A stretch of 64,000 nucleotides of DNA from Verrucomicrobiota bacterium (GCA_028343615.1 JAOLZA010000003.1:18422-82421), one strand, 5' to 3'. Counted from the stretch's first letter, positions 18,318 to 27,815 are shown. Numbers and translations are program-made. Notes: generated by a model from the sequence alone, not told the origin.

Positions 18318-18734
18318 TTGATCCTAATCCTCTGCACCGGCAACAGCTGTCGCAGCCATATCGCTGAGGGCATCCTGCGCGCGGCACTGGGAGATGCCGC
18401 CACCGTGGCCAGTGGGGGATCCAGCCCAACCGGCATAGTTCACCCAATGGCCATTGAAACTATGGCTGAAATTGGCATCGACCTTTGTGCCCATACCTCC
18501 AAACATTTGAATGAGTTTTTAGAAAAAGAAGTGCACACCGTTATCACTGTGTGCGGCAATGCGGATCAGGCTTGCCCCATCTTCCCCGGCCAGAGTGAGA
18601 AATATCACTGGCCCTTTGATGATCCCGCAAAGGCTGAAGGCTCCGAGGAAGAAATCCGTGCCACCTTTCGCCGTGTGAGAGATGAGATCAGGGAAAAATT
18701 TGAGGCCTACGCAATGGAGTTGATGACCGGTTAA
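18318..18734 (+). CDS. arsC: arsenate reductase, thioredoxin-coupled LMW-PTP type
   Basis: P-loop CTGNSCRS plus the downstream Cys pair in VCGNADQACP, characteristic of Trx-type ArsC. The only in-frame start after the upstream TGA (18249-18251) is the TTG at 18318. Confidence 0.8.
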   Translation: MILILCTGNSCRSHIAEGILRAALGDAATVASGGSSPTGIVHPMAIETMAEIGIDLCAHTSKHLNEFLEKEVHTVITVCGNADQACPIFPGQSEKYHWPFDDPAKAEGSEEEIRATFRRVRDEIREKFEAYAMELMTG

Positions 18735-19210
18735 TGCTCCTTTGGTCGACCGGCTTGTTTGGCTCGGATGAAATCCGAATGCTCCAGTCGCAACAATTCT
18801 GTGGTTCTGCGGATGAGATGTTCTTCGTATTTATCCAGATCGCCGTCGGCAAAAGCTACGCGCCACATGGCTGTGAGCATTGCGCACTTTTGCTCGCGTG
18901 TGCAGCGCTGATTGATGAGGTGTGTATACGGGAACAAATCCGTGGCTCCCTCCGTCTCCGCCTTTGCCTGATCCAGTAGTGCCGTCACCGCCGCGCGCTT
19001 CAGCCCTAGCTCACTTTCCAACGCGCGCAAAATCGACTGCGTCTCCGACGGGTCATCCTTATAATCCGCCTCCGCCACCTCCAGCAACAACGCTGCACAC
19101 GCCATGTGCAATTGCTCCGGCGAAATCTCCGCCGCCTCCCCGCTGGCGGGCGATTCGGTGTCCGATTCCGTTTCAGATTTACCCCCAAACAATTTATCAA
19201 AAAATCCCAT
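18731..19210 (-). CDS. TerB-family (tellurite-resistance-like) protein
   Basis: AALLLEVAEADYKDDPSE..LFPYTHLINQ..MLWRVAFADGDLDKYEEHLIRR..LRLEHSDFIRAK matches the small TerB/COG4103-type family pattern. The ATG is at 19210 (TTG at 19216 in the ORF track). Confidence 0.7.
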   Translation of the reverse strand: MGFFDKLFGGKSETESDTESPASGEAAEISPEQLHMACAALLLEVAEADYKDDPSETQSILRALESELGLKRAAVTALLDQAKAETEGATDLFPYTHLINQRCTREQKCAMLTAMWRVAFADGDLDKYEEHLIRRTTELLRLEHSDFIRAKQAGRPKEH

Positions 19211-19338
19211 GTGCAAAAAATCTTACCTGTAAATAACGGAGACGTCCACTACGCGAATTGTATTTGTATCTCGGGTTATGGCTTGGGCCGAATTCTCGAC
19301 TCTCGACCTTCAGCCCACAACTTCTTACCCTCCCGCTC

Positions 19339-19929
19339 ATGAGCGATTCTCTCAACGTTATGGTCGTGGTCGGCAGTTTGCAGGAAAAATCCATAACTCG
19401 CGTCGTCGGTCGGCACGTGGCCGATGGATTGGAAGCAGCCGGATGTACCATCGATTGGCTGGATCTCGCCAAGGCCAACCTGCCGATGGTGAATACAGAT
19501 ACAACCTTTGGTGACGCCCATTACGCCCCACTCAAGGCGCGTGTGCAAGCGGCCGATGTATTCGTGCTTGGCACACCGGATTATCACGGGAGCATCAGCG
19601 GTGCGATGAAGAATTTCCTCGATCATTTTTGGAAAGAATTCACCGGCAAACTTTTCGCGCCGATGGTGGCCAGCCATGAAAAGGGCCTCACGGCTCATGA
19701 CCAAATGCGAACAGTGGCGCGCCAATGTTACGCCTGGAGCCTGCCGTACGCTGTGAGTTTCATGGAAAAAGAGGACGTGGTCGATGGCGAAATTATAAGC
19801 GAAAAGTTTCGCGACCGATTGGAAATGATGATCCGCGACGTGGAAGTATACGGCGGTTTGTTGGCTGCTCAACGACGAGCGGACCTTGCCGGCATAGACC
19901 CCGGATTTCTCGCGCAGTTGCGCAAGTAG
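19339..19929 (+). CDS. NAD(P)H-dependent FMN reductase family protein
   Basis: The internal ATG at 19339 gives MSDSLNVMVVVGSLQEKS. Flavodoxin-like motifs are present (VFVLGTPDYHGSISGAMKNFLD). Confidence 0.75.
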   Translation: MSDSLNVMVVVGSLQEKSITRVVGRHVADGLEAAGCTIDWLDLAKANLPMVNTDTTFGDAHYAPLKARVQAADVFVLGTPDYHGSISGAMKNFLDHFWKEFTGKLFAPMVASHEKGLTAHDQMRTVARQCYAWSLPYAVSFMEKEDVVDGEIISEKFRDRLEMMIRDVEVYGGLLAAQRRADLAGIDPGFLAQLRK

Positions 19930-20835
19930 TTAGTTGTTTTTGGAGGGCCTGAAAGGGAATGTCCACTGCGCGAAGGCGGTTGGGTGGCGGGTTTGAATCC
20001 ACACTTTGCCTTGACCGCTGAAGCGGCAGACGAGTCCTTCGCCGGAAAGGAAGAGGCTCTTGAGCCCCCCCACCGATTCCACGCCGTATTGCAGTCCGCC
20101 GGTGAAGGCGACCACGTGGCCGGTATCCACCACGTAGTTACCGTCCACGGGGATTTCAATAATGGCTCCGTAGGTATTGAACCACAAATCACCGTGGCCG
20201 GTGCAGCGCAGCAGGAAAAGGCCTTCGCCGGAAAAGAAGCCCTTAAAGCCCTGCCATTTGGAATCGACCTCCACGCCCATACCGGAACCGACGTAGGCGG
20301 AACTTTGCAGGAAAATTTCCTTGGTGCCGTCAAGGTAGCAGTGCTCGAGGTCGCCAGGGCTGCCAGGTGCAATGCCAATTTCACCGGGGACGCCTTCCGC
20401 AGTGAATTCGTTGATGAACAAATTCTCGCCACCGAGGAAACGGCTGAGGCCACCTTTCATTTTGGTTTTCATCACCATATTGGTGGACATGGTGGCCATA
20501 GCGGAGGCTTCCACCTTGAGCGTTTGATTGGCGGGGATCTGTACGGTGAGGTAGGCAAAGTCCGGTTTGCATTCAACACGGAATTCATGTTCGTGTTCAC
20601 CGGTTGGGGTGAAGGATTCCTTCGTGGCAGTGGGGGCAGGCGCGGTGCTTTTCAGCACGGGCGGAGAGACATCGCCGGTGACGCCGGGGACTTGATGGAG
20701 AGGCACCCAGTCGGCGGCACCTTCGTAATGGGCGAGGTCGTTGGGCTGCATCGAGCCGTTAGCGAGCATCTCGCGCACTTGCTCGAGTGGGTAAGGCCCG
20801 TGGTTTTCGCCGTTGCGATTGATGGTAATTTGCAT
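19930..20835 (-). CDS. AIM24/TIGR00266 (DUF124) family protein with an N-terminal GYF_2-like domain
   Basis: The ATG at 20835 lies 10 nt after the upstream paralog's stop. The N-terminus (NGENHGPYPLEQVREMLANGSMQPNDLAHYEGAADWVPLHQV) is GYF_2-like and is followed by a P/T linker. The C-terminal domain shares GENLFINEFT, GNYVVDTGHVVAF and SGEGLVCRF with the two upstream genes. Confidence 0.75.
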   Translation of the reverse strand: MQITINRNGENHGPYPLEQVREMLANGSMQPNDLAHYEGAADWVPLHQVPGVTGDVSPPVLKSTAPAPTATKESFTPTGEHEHEFRVECKPDFAYLTVQIPANQTLKVEASAMATMSTNMVMKTKMKGGLSRFLGGENLFINEFTAEGVPGEIGIAPGSPGDLEHCYLDGTKEIFLQSSAYVGSGMGVEVDSKWQGFKGFFSGEGLFLLRCTGHGDLWFNTYGAIIEIPVDGNYVVDTGHVVAFTGGLQYGVESVGGLKSLFLSGEGLVCRFSGQGKVWIQTRHPTAFAQWTFPFRPSKNN

Positions 20836-20845
20836 GGCGATTTTT

Positions 20846-21529
20846 TTAGTGGGGTTTGAGGGTGGGGCCGAGCGCAGATCCGAAGCTGCCGGCGTTGTGG
20901 CTTTGGCACCACACGGTACCTTGGCCGATAAATTTGCAAACCATTCCTTCGCCACCGAGGAAGGAGGACATCCAACTCTTGCCGGCCTTGGTGATTTCGA
21001 AATTGAGCGATTCCTCAAAAGCCACAATGTGGCCGGTATCTACGATGTATTCGCCATTCACTTGGATGGGATAAATCGCGCCGAATGAGTTGATGATGAC
21101 CGGACCGGAGCCGGTGAGTTTGATCCAAAACATACTTTCTCCGGAAAAGAGCGCCTTGCCGAATCCTTGCCAGCTCATGTCCATATCCACGCTGGGCGCA
21201 CTGGCTACGTAGCTGCCGGCCTGCACCATGAGCGCCGGGCCGCTGCCCATTTGGAATTGCATCATATCGCCGGTGAGTGCGGTGCCAAAGATCACCTCGC
21301 CCGGGCCGCCGTTGGACGTGAAATGATTGAGAAATAAACTCTCGCCGGTTACCAATCGTTTGAGCGCACCCATGATGGAGCCTTTGTCGCGTTTGTGGGT
21401 GGTGGTTTCCACCTGCAAGTGGCCGCTCATGGCGATCATCGCACCGCCTTCTGCGGTGATAGTTTCTCCGGCTTGGAGGTTTACGCGCGCGGCGGAGTTC
21501 CCGGGCTGATGGGTGATTTCAATCTGCAT
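20846..21529 (-). CDS. AIM24/TIGR00266 (DUF124) family protein
   Basis: 227 aa with motifs GESLFLNHFT, GEYIVDTGHIVAF and GGEGMVCKF. There is a 3-nt gap to the upstream paralog. Confidence 0.8.
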   Translation of the reverse strand: MQIEITHQPGNSAARVNLQAGETITAEGGAMIAMSGHLQVETTTHKRDKGSIMGALKRLVTGESLFLNHFTSNGGPGEVIFGTALTGDMMQFQMGSGPALMVQAGSYVASAPSVDMDMSWQGFGKALFSGESMFWIKLTGSGPVIINSFGAIYPIQVNGEYIVDTGHIVAFEESLNFEITKAGKSWMSSFLGGEGMVCKFIGQGTVWCQSHNAGSFGSALGPTLKPH

Positions 21530-21532
21530 GGT

Positions 21533-22195
21533 TTACCAAAGTCGGGGGTTTACCCAGTCGGCCAGACCACTAATACTGCGGGTTTGAATGATTATTTTGC
21601 CTTTGCCTTCGATGCGGGTGACGAAGCCTTCACCACCGGCTAAGCTGCTGAATAGCCCGCCAGCTAACTGAATCTTCAATTGCATCTGCGGCTCGTACGC
21701 TACGAGATGCGACGTGTCCACAATGTATTCGCCGTCCACTTCCTTCTCGAGCAGCCCGCCATAGGCGCCATACCACACACTGCCTCGGCCGCTTACAGTG
21801 AGTTTAAAAAGGCCTTCCTTGGCAAACCACGATTTGAATCCAGCCCATTTCACTCCGAGGTTCACCTCCGGCGTGCTGGCGATGTACGCGCCCGGTTGTA
21901 GGCAAAAAGTGTTGCCGTTGAGGTCTATCTGCCGGGTGTTGCCCGGTGTGCCCTGCACTAGACTCACGCGTCGCGTGCTGGATGTGTTGTTGGTGAAATG
22001 ATTGACGAACAAACTTTCGCCGCCAAGAAAGGTCTTAGCCAGTCCGCCGAAAAAGCCGCCGTTGAACTTGGCCACCATATCTAAATCCGCCGCCATGCTG
22101 CTCATGGCATCGGACTCGGCGATCACCGTTTCCCCGGGCTCAAGATCCACGTTAATATAAGCGAAGGCCGGGGCGCCTTCTATTGTACTTTGCAT
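21533..22195 (-). CDS. AIM24/TIGR00266 (DUF124) family protein
   Basis: 220 aa with motifs GESLFVNHFT, GEYIVDTSHLVAY and GGEGFVTRI. There is a 10-nt gap to the M48 gene. Confidence 0.8.
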   Translation of the reverse strand: MQSTIEGAPAFAYINVDLEPGETVIAESDAMSSMAADLDMVAKFNGGFFGGLAKTFLGGESLFVNHFTNNTSSTRRVSLVQGTPGNTRQIDLNGNTFCLQPGAYIASTPEVNLGVKWAGFKSWFAKEGLFKLTVSGRGSVWYGAYGGLLEKEVDGEYIVDTSHLVAYEPQMQLKIQLAGGLFSSLAGGEGFVTRIEGKGKIIIQTRSISGLADWVNPRLW

Positions 22196-22205
22196 GAGAT
22201 TATCC

Positions 22206-23345
22206 TTATTTGTTTAGCGCGTCTCGGAGTTTCCCCTGAAACGCCTCGAAGTCCAAGTCCAATTTTCGATACGGCCCGGAGCCGGCTTTTGCCTTAATAA
22301 GCGCGTTTAACGTGTCGATCCGTTCCTGCGTGGCCGGGTGCGTACTTAATATAGATAACGCGCCATTCATATCCAGCCCCTTCGCTTCCGCTTGTTCCTT
22401 TTGAATCGTCTCAAAAAAATTCACCATCCCGCGCGGATCGATATTTGCCTTCATTAAATATATGAATCCCATCGCATCCGCTTCCCGCTCGTGATCGCGC
22501 GAAAACTTCATCGAAAGCAAATATGGCGCATTATTGACCAACACCGCCGCAATCCCGCTCACGTCACCAAAGAGCCCAGATAAAATTGCGTACAACCCCA
22601 CCATCTCCACCAGATTACGCATACTGTGCTGCTCCTCAACGTGCGCAAGTTCGTGAGCCATCACCCCCAGCACCTCCTCCGCCGAGTTGGCTTTTAGCAG
22701 TAGCCCTGTGTGAATCGCCATCGTGCCGCCCGGTAACGCGAACGCGTTTAGCGTGGGATCTTTGATGATATGAAACTTGAAGGTATAACGCCTGCTTCCA
22801 ATTGCCTCAATCAATGGTGCTGAGAGCTTTTCGAATTCTTCGAGCACTGCCTCATTCTTAACTAGTTGATTCGCCGCCGTGTGTGAGTCGAACGCCGCCT
22901 TGCCAATCTTCTCCTCCATCTCCACTGGGATTCGCTTGGCCACCGCGTGGGCCATTGGATCCTTGCCCCACCACAACCCCAGCCCAATGGTCACGAAAAA
23001 TCCCAGAAACGTAAACGTCGCCGCTCGGCTCAGCCATCGCGTGCGTCGCACTCGGCTGCGCGTGCCCGCCATCCGCACGTCCTTCGCAAACACCGGGTGC
23101 TTCAAAATCCCCTGATCTGTTGTGAAAAACGTCCAGCCCTCCTGTTCTGCGTGTTTGAAAAACAACATTCGGTTTGACGCCCCACCCAATTCCGTTTGAA
23201 TCCCCGTCACCGGCATCTCCACCTCCCCGTCTTCAGAGACAAACTTCACACTCACTGGACTTACCATCAATGTTCCCGAAGTCTTCCCATTCGGCAACGA
23301 TTCCTGAAACGCTCCACCTTCAAACTGCCATTGCACCTCACTCAT
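22206..23345 (-). CDS. M48-family zinc metalloprotease with an N-terminal cytoplasmic beta-rich domain and a TM anchor
   Basis: HEXXH (MAHELAHVEEQH) plus a downstream E in the M48-like core. A TM segment (FTFLGFFVTIGLGLWWG) follows an N-terminal domain of about 100 aa. The ATG is at 23345 (TTG/GTG alternatives at 23366/23363). Confidence 0.8.
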   Translation of the reverse strand: MSEVQWQFEGGAFQESLPNGKTSGTLMVSPVSVKFVSEDGEVEMPVTGIQTELGGASNRMLFFKHAEQEGWTFFTTDQGILKHPVFAKDVRMAGTRSRVRRTRWLSRAATFTFLGFFVTIGLGLWWGKDPMAHAVAKRIPVEMEEKIGKAAFDSHTAANQLVKNEAVLEEFEKLSAPLIEAIGSRRYTFKFHIIKDPTLNAFALPGGTMAIHTGLLLKANSAEEVLGVMAHELAHVEEQHSMRNLVEMVGLYAILSGLFGDVSGIAAVLVNNAPYLLSMKFSRDHEREADAMGFIYLMKANIDPRGMVNFFETIQKEQAEAKGLDMNGALSILSTHPATQERIDTLNALIKAKAGSGPYRKLDLDFEAFQGKLRDALNK

Positions 23346-23401
23346 GCGGGCATGAAAACGCACCAATTGAATCAGTGAAAGAAAAAACAGACAGAGAAAA
23401 C

Positions 23402-24673
23402 TTACACCAACCTCGGCAGCACTTTTTCCACTCGGGAGCGTTTGAGGCGGGCGAAGACGGGGAGGCCTTGTTCTGTGGGGAGATGCAGCTCGCCTTGGAT
23501 GAGAGGGCGGGCGTAGGTGATGAATTTTTCGTTGGGCAACCAGCCGTTGTCATCGATCCAATCGCGCGGGATGACGCGTTCCTGGTTGGCGATGTCCTCG
23601 AGCGGTTGCAGGGCGGTGCCCCACATATAGGGCTCGTCGCTTTGGCGGACGAGTTTCACCATAAACCCGCTCTCGCCCTCGATGGACGCACGTACGGCTG
23701 CTTCGCCGCAGGCGAAGGCTTCTTCCACGTCCGTTTCGCTGGCGTAGTGCGCGGCGGCGCGTTGAGCGTACCCGAGCTTCACTGTGCGGGTTTTCAAATT
23801 GAGTGCTGGTTCGACGATATCCGCCAAGCGATCAGCGGCACCGGCCAACACGGGATGGCCGAATGAATCAAGTTTGGTTTTGTCCGCCCCAATCTCGTTG
23901 CCTTCGGGATCTTTGAGCCCTTCGCCGACGACGACTACGCAGCATCCGTGTTCGGCGACAGTTTCTTTTACCTTCGCAATGAACTTTTCTTCTTGAAAGG
24001 CAATTTCCGGCAACAAAATAATATGTGGTGGATCTTCGGGTTCGCGCTTGGCAAGCACCGTGCCGCCGGCAATCCAACCGGCGGCGCGTCCCATCACTTC
24101 AATGATGCAGCAGGAGCCATCGTCGGTGGCCATGCTGCGGACGTCGGCGCCCACTTCCATCACGGTAGTGGCGTTGTACTTGATGACACTGCCGTAGCCG
24201 GGGGTGTGATCGGTGTGCGGCAAGTCGTTATCAATTGTCTTGGGCACGCCGATGGCGCGCAGTTCATAGCCGCGGTTCTGAGCCTCGAGGTGCACTTTGT
24301 TCGTGGTGTCTTGGCTGTCATTGCCGCCGGCATAAAAAAAGTAGCGGATGTTGTGCGCCTCGATGACCTCGAACAGCCGTTTCATGTCGGCCTCGGCTTG
24401 CTTCGGATCGGTCTTGAAATCGATTTTGTAACGACACGTGCCCAGTGCGGCGGCCGGTGTGTGCTTGAGGCGCTGGATGTCGCTGGTGTTTTCCTCGCCA
24501 ATATCGACCAGCTCTTCGCGTAGGATGCCGTACACGCCATTGAGGCCGCCGTAAATTTCATCAATGCACTCGTGCTTGCCCGCTTCACAAATCACACCGG
24601 CCACGCTGGAGTTGATCACCGCCGTGGGCCCGCCGCTTTGCGCCACCAATAAGTTGCCTAATAATTCCGCCAT
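23402..24673 (-). CDS. pfp: pyrophosphate-dependent 6-phosphofructokinase (PPi-PFK)
   Basis: PFK fold (SGGPTAVINSS). The diagnostic residues are GGNDS (Asp where ATP-PFKs have GGDGS) and PKTIDND (Lys where ATP-PFKs have Gly). The ATG at 24673 is preferred over the TTG at 24718. Confidence 0.85.
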   Translation of the reverse strand: MAELLGNLLVAQSGGPTAVINSSVAGVICEAGKHECIDEIYGGLNGVYGILREELVDIGEENTSDIQRLKHTPAAALGTCRYKIDFKTDPKQAEADMKRLFEVIEAHNIRYFFYAGGNDSQDTTNKVHLEAQNRGYELRAIGVPKTIDNDLPHTDHTPGYGSVIKYNATTVMEVGADVRSMATDDGSCCIIEVMGRAAGWIAGGTVLAKREPEDPPHIILLPEIAFQEEKFIAKVKETVAEHGCCVVVVGEGLKDPEGNEIGADKTKLDSFGHPVLAGAADRLADIVEPALNLKTRTVKLGYAQRAAAHYASETDVEEAFACGEAAVRASIEGESGFMVKLVRQSDEPYMWGTALQPLEDIANQERVIPRDWIDDNGWLPNEKFITYARPLIQGELHLPTEQGLPVFARLKRSRVEKVLPRLV

Positions 24674-24824
24674 CAAATAAAGGGCCGGAACGATGCCAAT
24701 CGGCGCGGGGTGTGTCAAAACGAAAGGGAAAGAAAGAAATGGTGGGGTGGCTAGTAAAGAGTTGTGGAAACTACCGAATCTTGAACCGCTCCCATTTCTC
24801 TGCTACGCTGCCCCGCTCATCCGT

Positions 24825-26237
24825 ATGGGACAGAATTTATATCACAAAGTCTTCGACCGGCATTGCGTTGCGCAACTGCCTTCGGGGCAGTATCAGCTTT
24901 TCATTGGGTTGCATCTCATCCACGAGGTCACCTCGCCGCAGGCGTTTGCGATGGTGCGTGAGCAAAACCTAAACGTGCCATTTCCCGAACTCACTTTTGC
25001 CACGGTGGATCACATCATCCCCACCACCGGTGCGGGCCGCCAACGGCCATTGCAGGATCCGCTTGCCGAGGAGATGCTGCAGCACATCGAACAAAACACC
25101 GCTGACTTCGGCATTAATTTCTTTTCTCCAGAAAAAGGCGAGCAAGGCGTAGTGCACGTGGTTGGTCCCGAGCGTGGGCTTACCCAACCAGGTATGACTA
25201 TTGCCTGCGGGGACTCCCACACTTCCACCCACGGTGCCTTTGGTACGTTGGCTTTTGGGATCGGCACCAGTCAGGTGGCTGATGTGTTGGCTACCCAAAC
25301 ACTGGCCATGGCCAAGCTCAAGGTGCGACGCATTAATTTTACCGGCACACTGAAACCGGGCGTGTACGCAAAAGATGTTGCCTTGGCCTACATTAACCGC
25401 CTCGGTGTAAATGGCGGGGTCGGTTACGCTTATGAGTTTGCGGGGGAAGTCATCGATAGGATGACCATGGAAGAGCGCATGACCGTTTGCAATATGGCCA
25501 TTGAAGGCGGTGCGCGCTGTGGGTATGTGAACCCTGATCAAACAACTTTCGACTACCTTAAGGGCCGCGACTATTGTCCAGAAGACGAGTCGTGGGAACG
25601 TGCAGTTGCCGACTGGGAGTCGCTTGCTTCAGATTCCGATGCGGTGTATGACGACACGATTGAAATTAAGGGTGAGGAGATTGAACCCTTTGTCACTTGG
25701 GGTATTACGCCTGCGCAATCAGTAGGTGTGGTACAGGATTTGCCTGCTGTTGATTCTTTTGATGAAGCCGATCAGTTGGTGGTGAAGGAAGCTTATGAAT
25801 ACATGAGTTTTGAGGAAGGCCAACCGATTGCCGGCACTCCGGTGGATGTCGTCTTTATTGGATCCTGCACGAATGGACGTCTGTCGGATCTACGGGAAGC
25901 GGCCAAATTTGTGAAAGGCAAAAAGGTTGCGTCTGGTGTGCGGGCGCTGGTAGTACCCGGCTCACAGGAAGTGGATCGACAGGCTATTGAAGAAGGATTG
26001 GATCAGGTTTTTTCTGAAGCGGGGTTCCAGTGGCGCGAGGCCGGTTGCAGCATGTGTCTGGCCATGAATCCTGATCAGCTTTCGGGTAACGAGATCAGTG
26101 CGAGCACCTCCAATCGGAATTTCAAGGGCCGCCAAGGTTCACCCACTGGCCGCACGCTGCTGATGAGCCCGGCAATGGCGGCCATCGCCGCCGTGGAAGG
26201 CAAGGTCACAGACGTGCGCGAACACTTGGAGAATTAA
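24825..26237 (+). CDS. leuC: 3-isopropylmalate dehydratase large subunit
   Basis: The internal ATG at 24825 gives [15 protein letters not shown]. Aconitase-family motifs are present ([28 protein letters not shown]). leuD follows after a 3-nt gap. Confidence 0.9.
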   Translation: MGQNLYHKVFDRHCVAQLPSGQYQLFIGLHLIHEVTSPQAFAMVREQNLNVPFPELTFATVDHIIPTTGAGRQRPLQDPLAEEMLQHIEQNTADFGINFFSPEKGEQGVVHVVGPERGLTQPGMTIACGDSHTSTHGAFGTLAFGIGTSQVADVLATQTLAMAKLKVRRINFTGTLKPGVYAKDVALAYINRLGVNGGVGYAYEFAGEVIDRMTMEERMTVCNMAIEGGARCGYVNPDQTTFDYLKGRDYCPEDESWERAVADWESLASDSDAVYDDTIEIKGEEIEPFVTWGITPAQSVGVVQDLPAVDSFDEADQLVVKEAYEYMSFEEGQPIAGTPVDVVFIGSCTNGRLSDLREAAKFVKGKKVASGVRALVVPGSQEVDRQAIEEGLDQVFSEAGFQWREAGCSMCLAMNPDQLSGNEISASTSNRNFKGRQGSPTGRTLLMSPAMAAIAAVEGKVTDVREHLEN

Positions 26238-26240
26238 GAG

Positions 26241-26849
26241 ATGGCAGGAGAAATAGTCAGCACCCTTACCGGCCCAGGCATCCCGCTGCGCGGCAATGAT
26301 ATTGATACAGACCGTATTATCCCCGCGCGGTTTTTGAAATGCGTGACCTTTGATGGCATTGGCGAACACGCCTTTAAGGATGATATCAAGGGACTCGCTG
26401 CAAAGGGTGAAACCCATCCCTTTGCCGACGACCGCTTTGCCCGCGCCGCCATCCTCGTGGCCAACCAAAACTTCGGCTGCGGCTCCAGCCGCGAGCACGC
26501 CCCGCAATCGCTCCAGCGCTGGGGCATTCGTGCCATCATCGCTGAGAGCTATTCCGAAATTTTCTATGGCAACTGCGTCTCGCTCGCCATCCCGTGTTTC
26601 ACCGCCGATCACGAAACCTGTGCGAAACTACAGGACGTTATCGAGTCCAACCCTGAAGCCGAATTTACTGTCGATATTGCGCAATCTACTGTCACAGGTC
26701 CGTTCGGCAGTATCACCCTTCAAATCCAATCCGGCGCTCAAGGTCAACTCCTCGATGGCTCCTGGAATGCCCGCGCTAGTCTATTAGAAAACCTCGATGC
26801 CGCCAAAGCTGTCGCCAGTAATCTTCCGTACGTTTCCAGCTACACTTAA
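26241..26849 (+). CDS. leuD: 3-isopropylmalate dehydratase small subunit
   Basis: 202 aa with an aconitase swivel-domain pattern (NFGCGSSREHAPQSL). It is adjacent to leuC. Confidence 0.9.
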   Translation: MAGEIVSTLTGPGIPLRGNDIDTDRIIPARFLKCVTFDGIGEHAFKDDIKGLAAKGETHPFADDRFARAAILVANQNFGCGSSREHAPQSLQRWGIRAIIAESYSEIFYGNCVSLAIPCFTADHETCAKLQDVIESNPEAEFTVDIAQSTVTGPFGSITLQIQSGAQGQLLDGSWNARASLLENLDAAKAVASNLPYVSSYT

Positions 26850-26888
26850 GCTTGGACCGTCCTTTAGTTTCCCTTAGCTTCGATCCCA

Positions 26889-27815
26889 ATGGCAGGCGCG
26901 ATTATTGAGTGTAGTGGGGTGACCAAGCTTTTTGGTGACTTTGCGGCACTGAATAATGTTTCGCTCGATGTGTCGCCCGGTACAATTGGTTTACTCGGGC
27001 CTAATGGCGCGGGGAAATCCACCCTCATGAAATGCCTGTTGCAACTGCAACCCATCTCGATGGGTGTCGCGAAGTTACTCGGGCGCGATGTGGGCAGCGA
27101 GGGTCGTGAGATTCGTACGCGTGTGGGGTATGCGCCGGAACAGGATTGCCTTATCTCGGGCATGGTGGGCTGTGAATACGTGACCTACTGCGCGCAGCTC
27201 AACGGGTTGCCGTTTCAGGAAGCCAGGCAGAGGGCGCATGAGATGCTCGATTTCGTAGGTATGGGGCAGGAACGATATCGTCCGGTGGACACATATTCCA
27301 CTGGCATGAAGCAGCGCGTCAAACTAGCTCAAGCCATTGTGCACGATCCTGAAATGGTGTTTCTCGATGAGCCTACCAATGGTCTCGATCCGAAAGGGCG
27401 TGAGCAGATTCTTCAGCTTGTGGAAAGTTTGTGGGAAAAACACAATATTTCTGTAGTCCTCTCCTCCCATTTGTTGCAGGACGTGGACCGTATCTGTGGC
27501 GAAATCATCATCATCGCTCGCGGCGAGGTTTTGGTGAAGGACACGTTAAAAAATCTCAAGGGGCGCCGCGCGGGATTTGCCGAGCTAGTGGTGGAAGGCG
27601 AACACCAGCGCGTGCTGGAAATTTTGCGCGCCAATGAGTGCACCTGCGAATTAGAATCCAACGGCCATATCACCGTGGAGCACGGGCGTGAAAGCCTCAC
27701 ACCGGTTCTGAAATTTTTACGCGATGCGGGCGTGCGCCCTATTGAGGCGCTGCCTAGCCCCAACGCTTTGGAGGAGGTTTTCCTCCAGGCTCTCTCAACC
27801 CATGGCCCTGATTGA
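26889..27815 (+). CDS. ABC transporter ATP-binding protein (ABC-2/NatA-like)
   Basis: Walker A GPNGAGKS, signature YSTGMKQR, Walker B VFLDEP. Confidence 0.85.
   Translation: MAGAIIECSGVTKLFGDFAALNNVSLDVSPGTIGLLGPNGAGKSTLMKCLLQLQPISMGVAKLLGRDVGSEGREIRTRVGYAPEQDCLISGMVGCEYVTYCAQLNGLPFQEARQRAHEMLDFVGMGQERYRPVDTYSTGMKQRVKLAQAIVHDPEMVFLDEPTNGLDPKGREQILQLVESLWEKHNISVVLSSHLLQDVDRICGEIIIIARGEVLVKDTLKNLKGRRAGFAELVVEGEHQRVLEILRANECTCELESNGHITVEHGRESLTPVLKFLRDAGVRPIEALPSPNALEEVFLQALSTHGPD

Noticed and set aside
24674-24824. Possible leucine leader peptide or attenuator upstream of leuC
   Set aside because: The 151-bp divergent intergenic region has no short Leu-rich ORF and no terminator/antiterminator hairpins that I could see.
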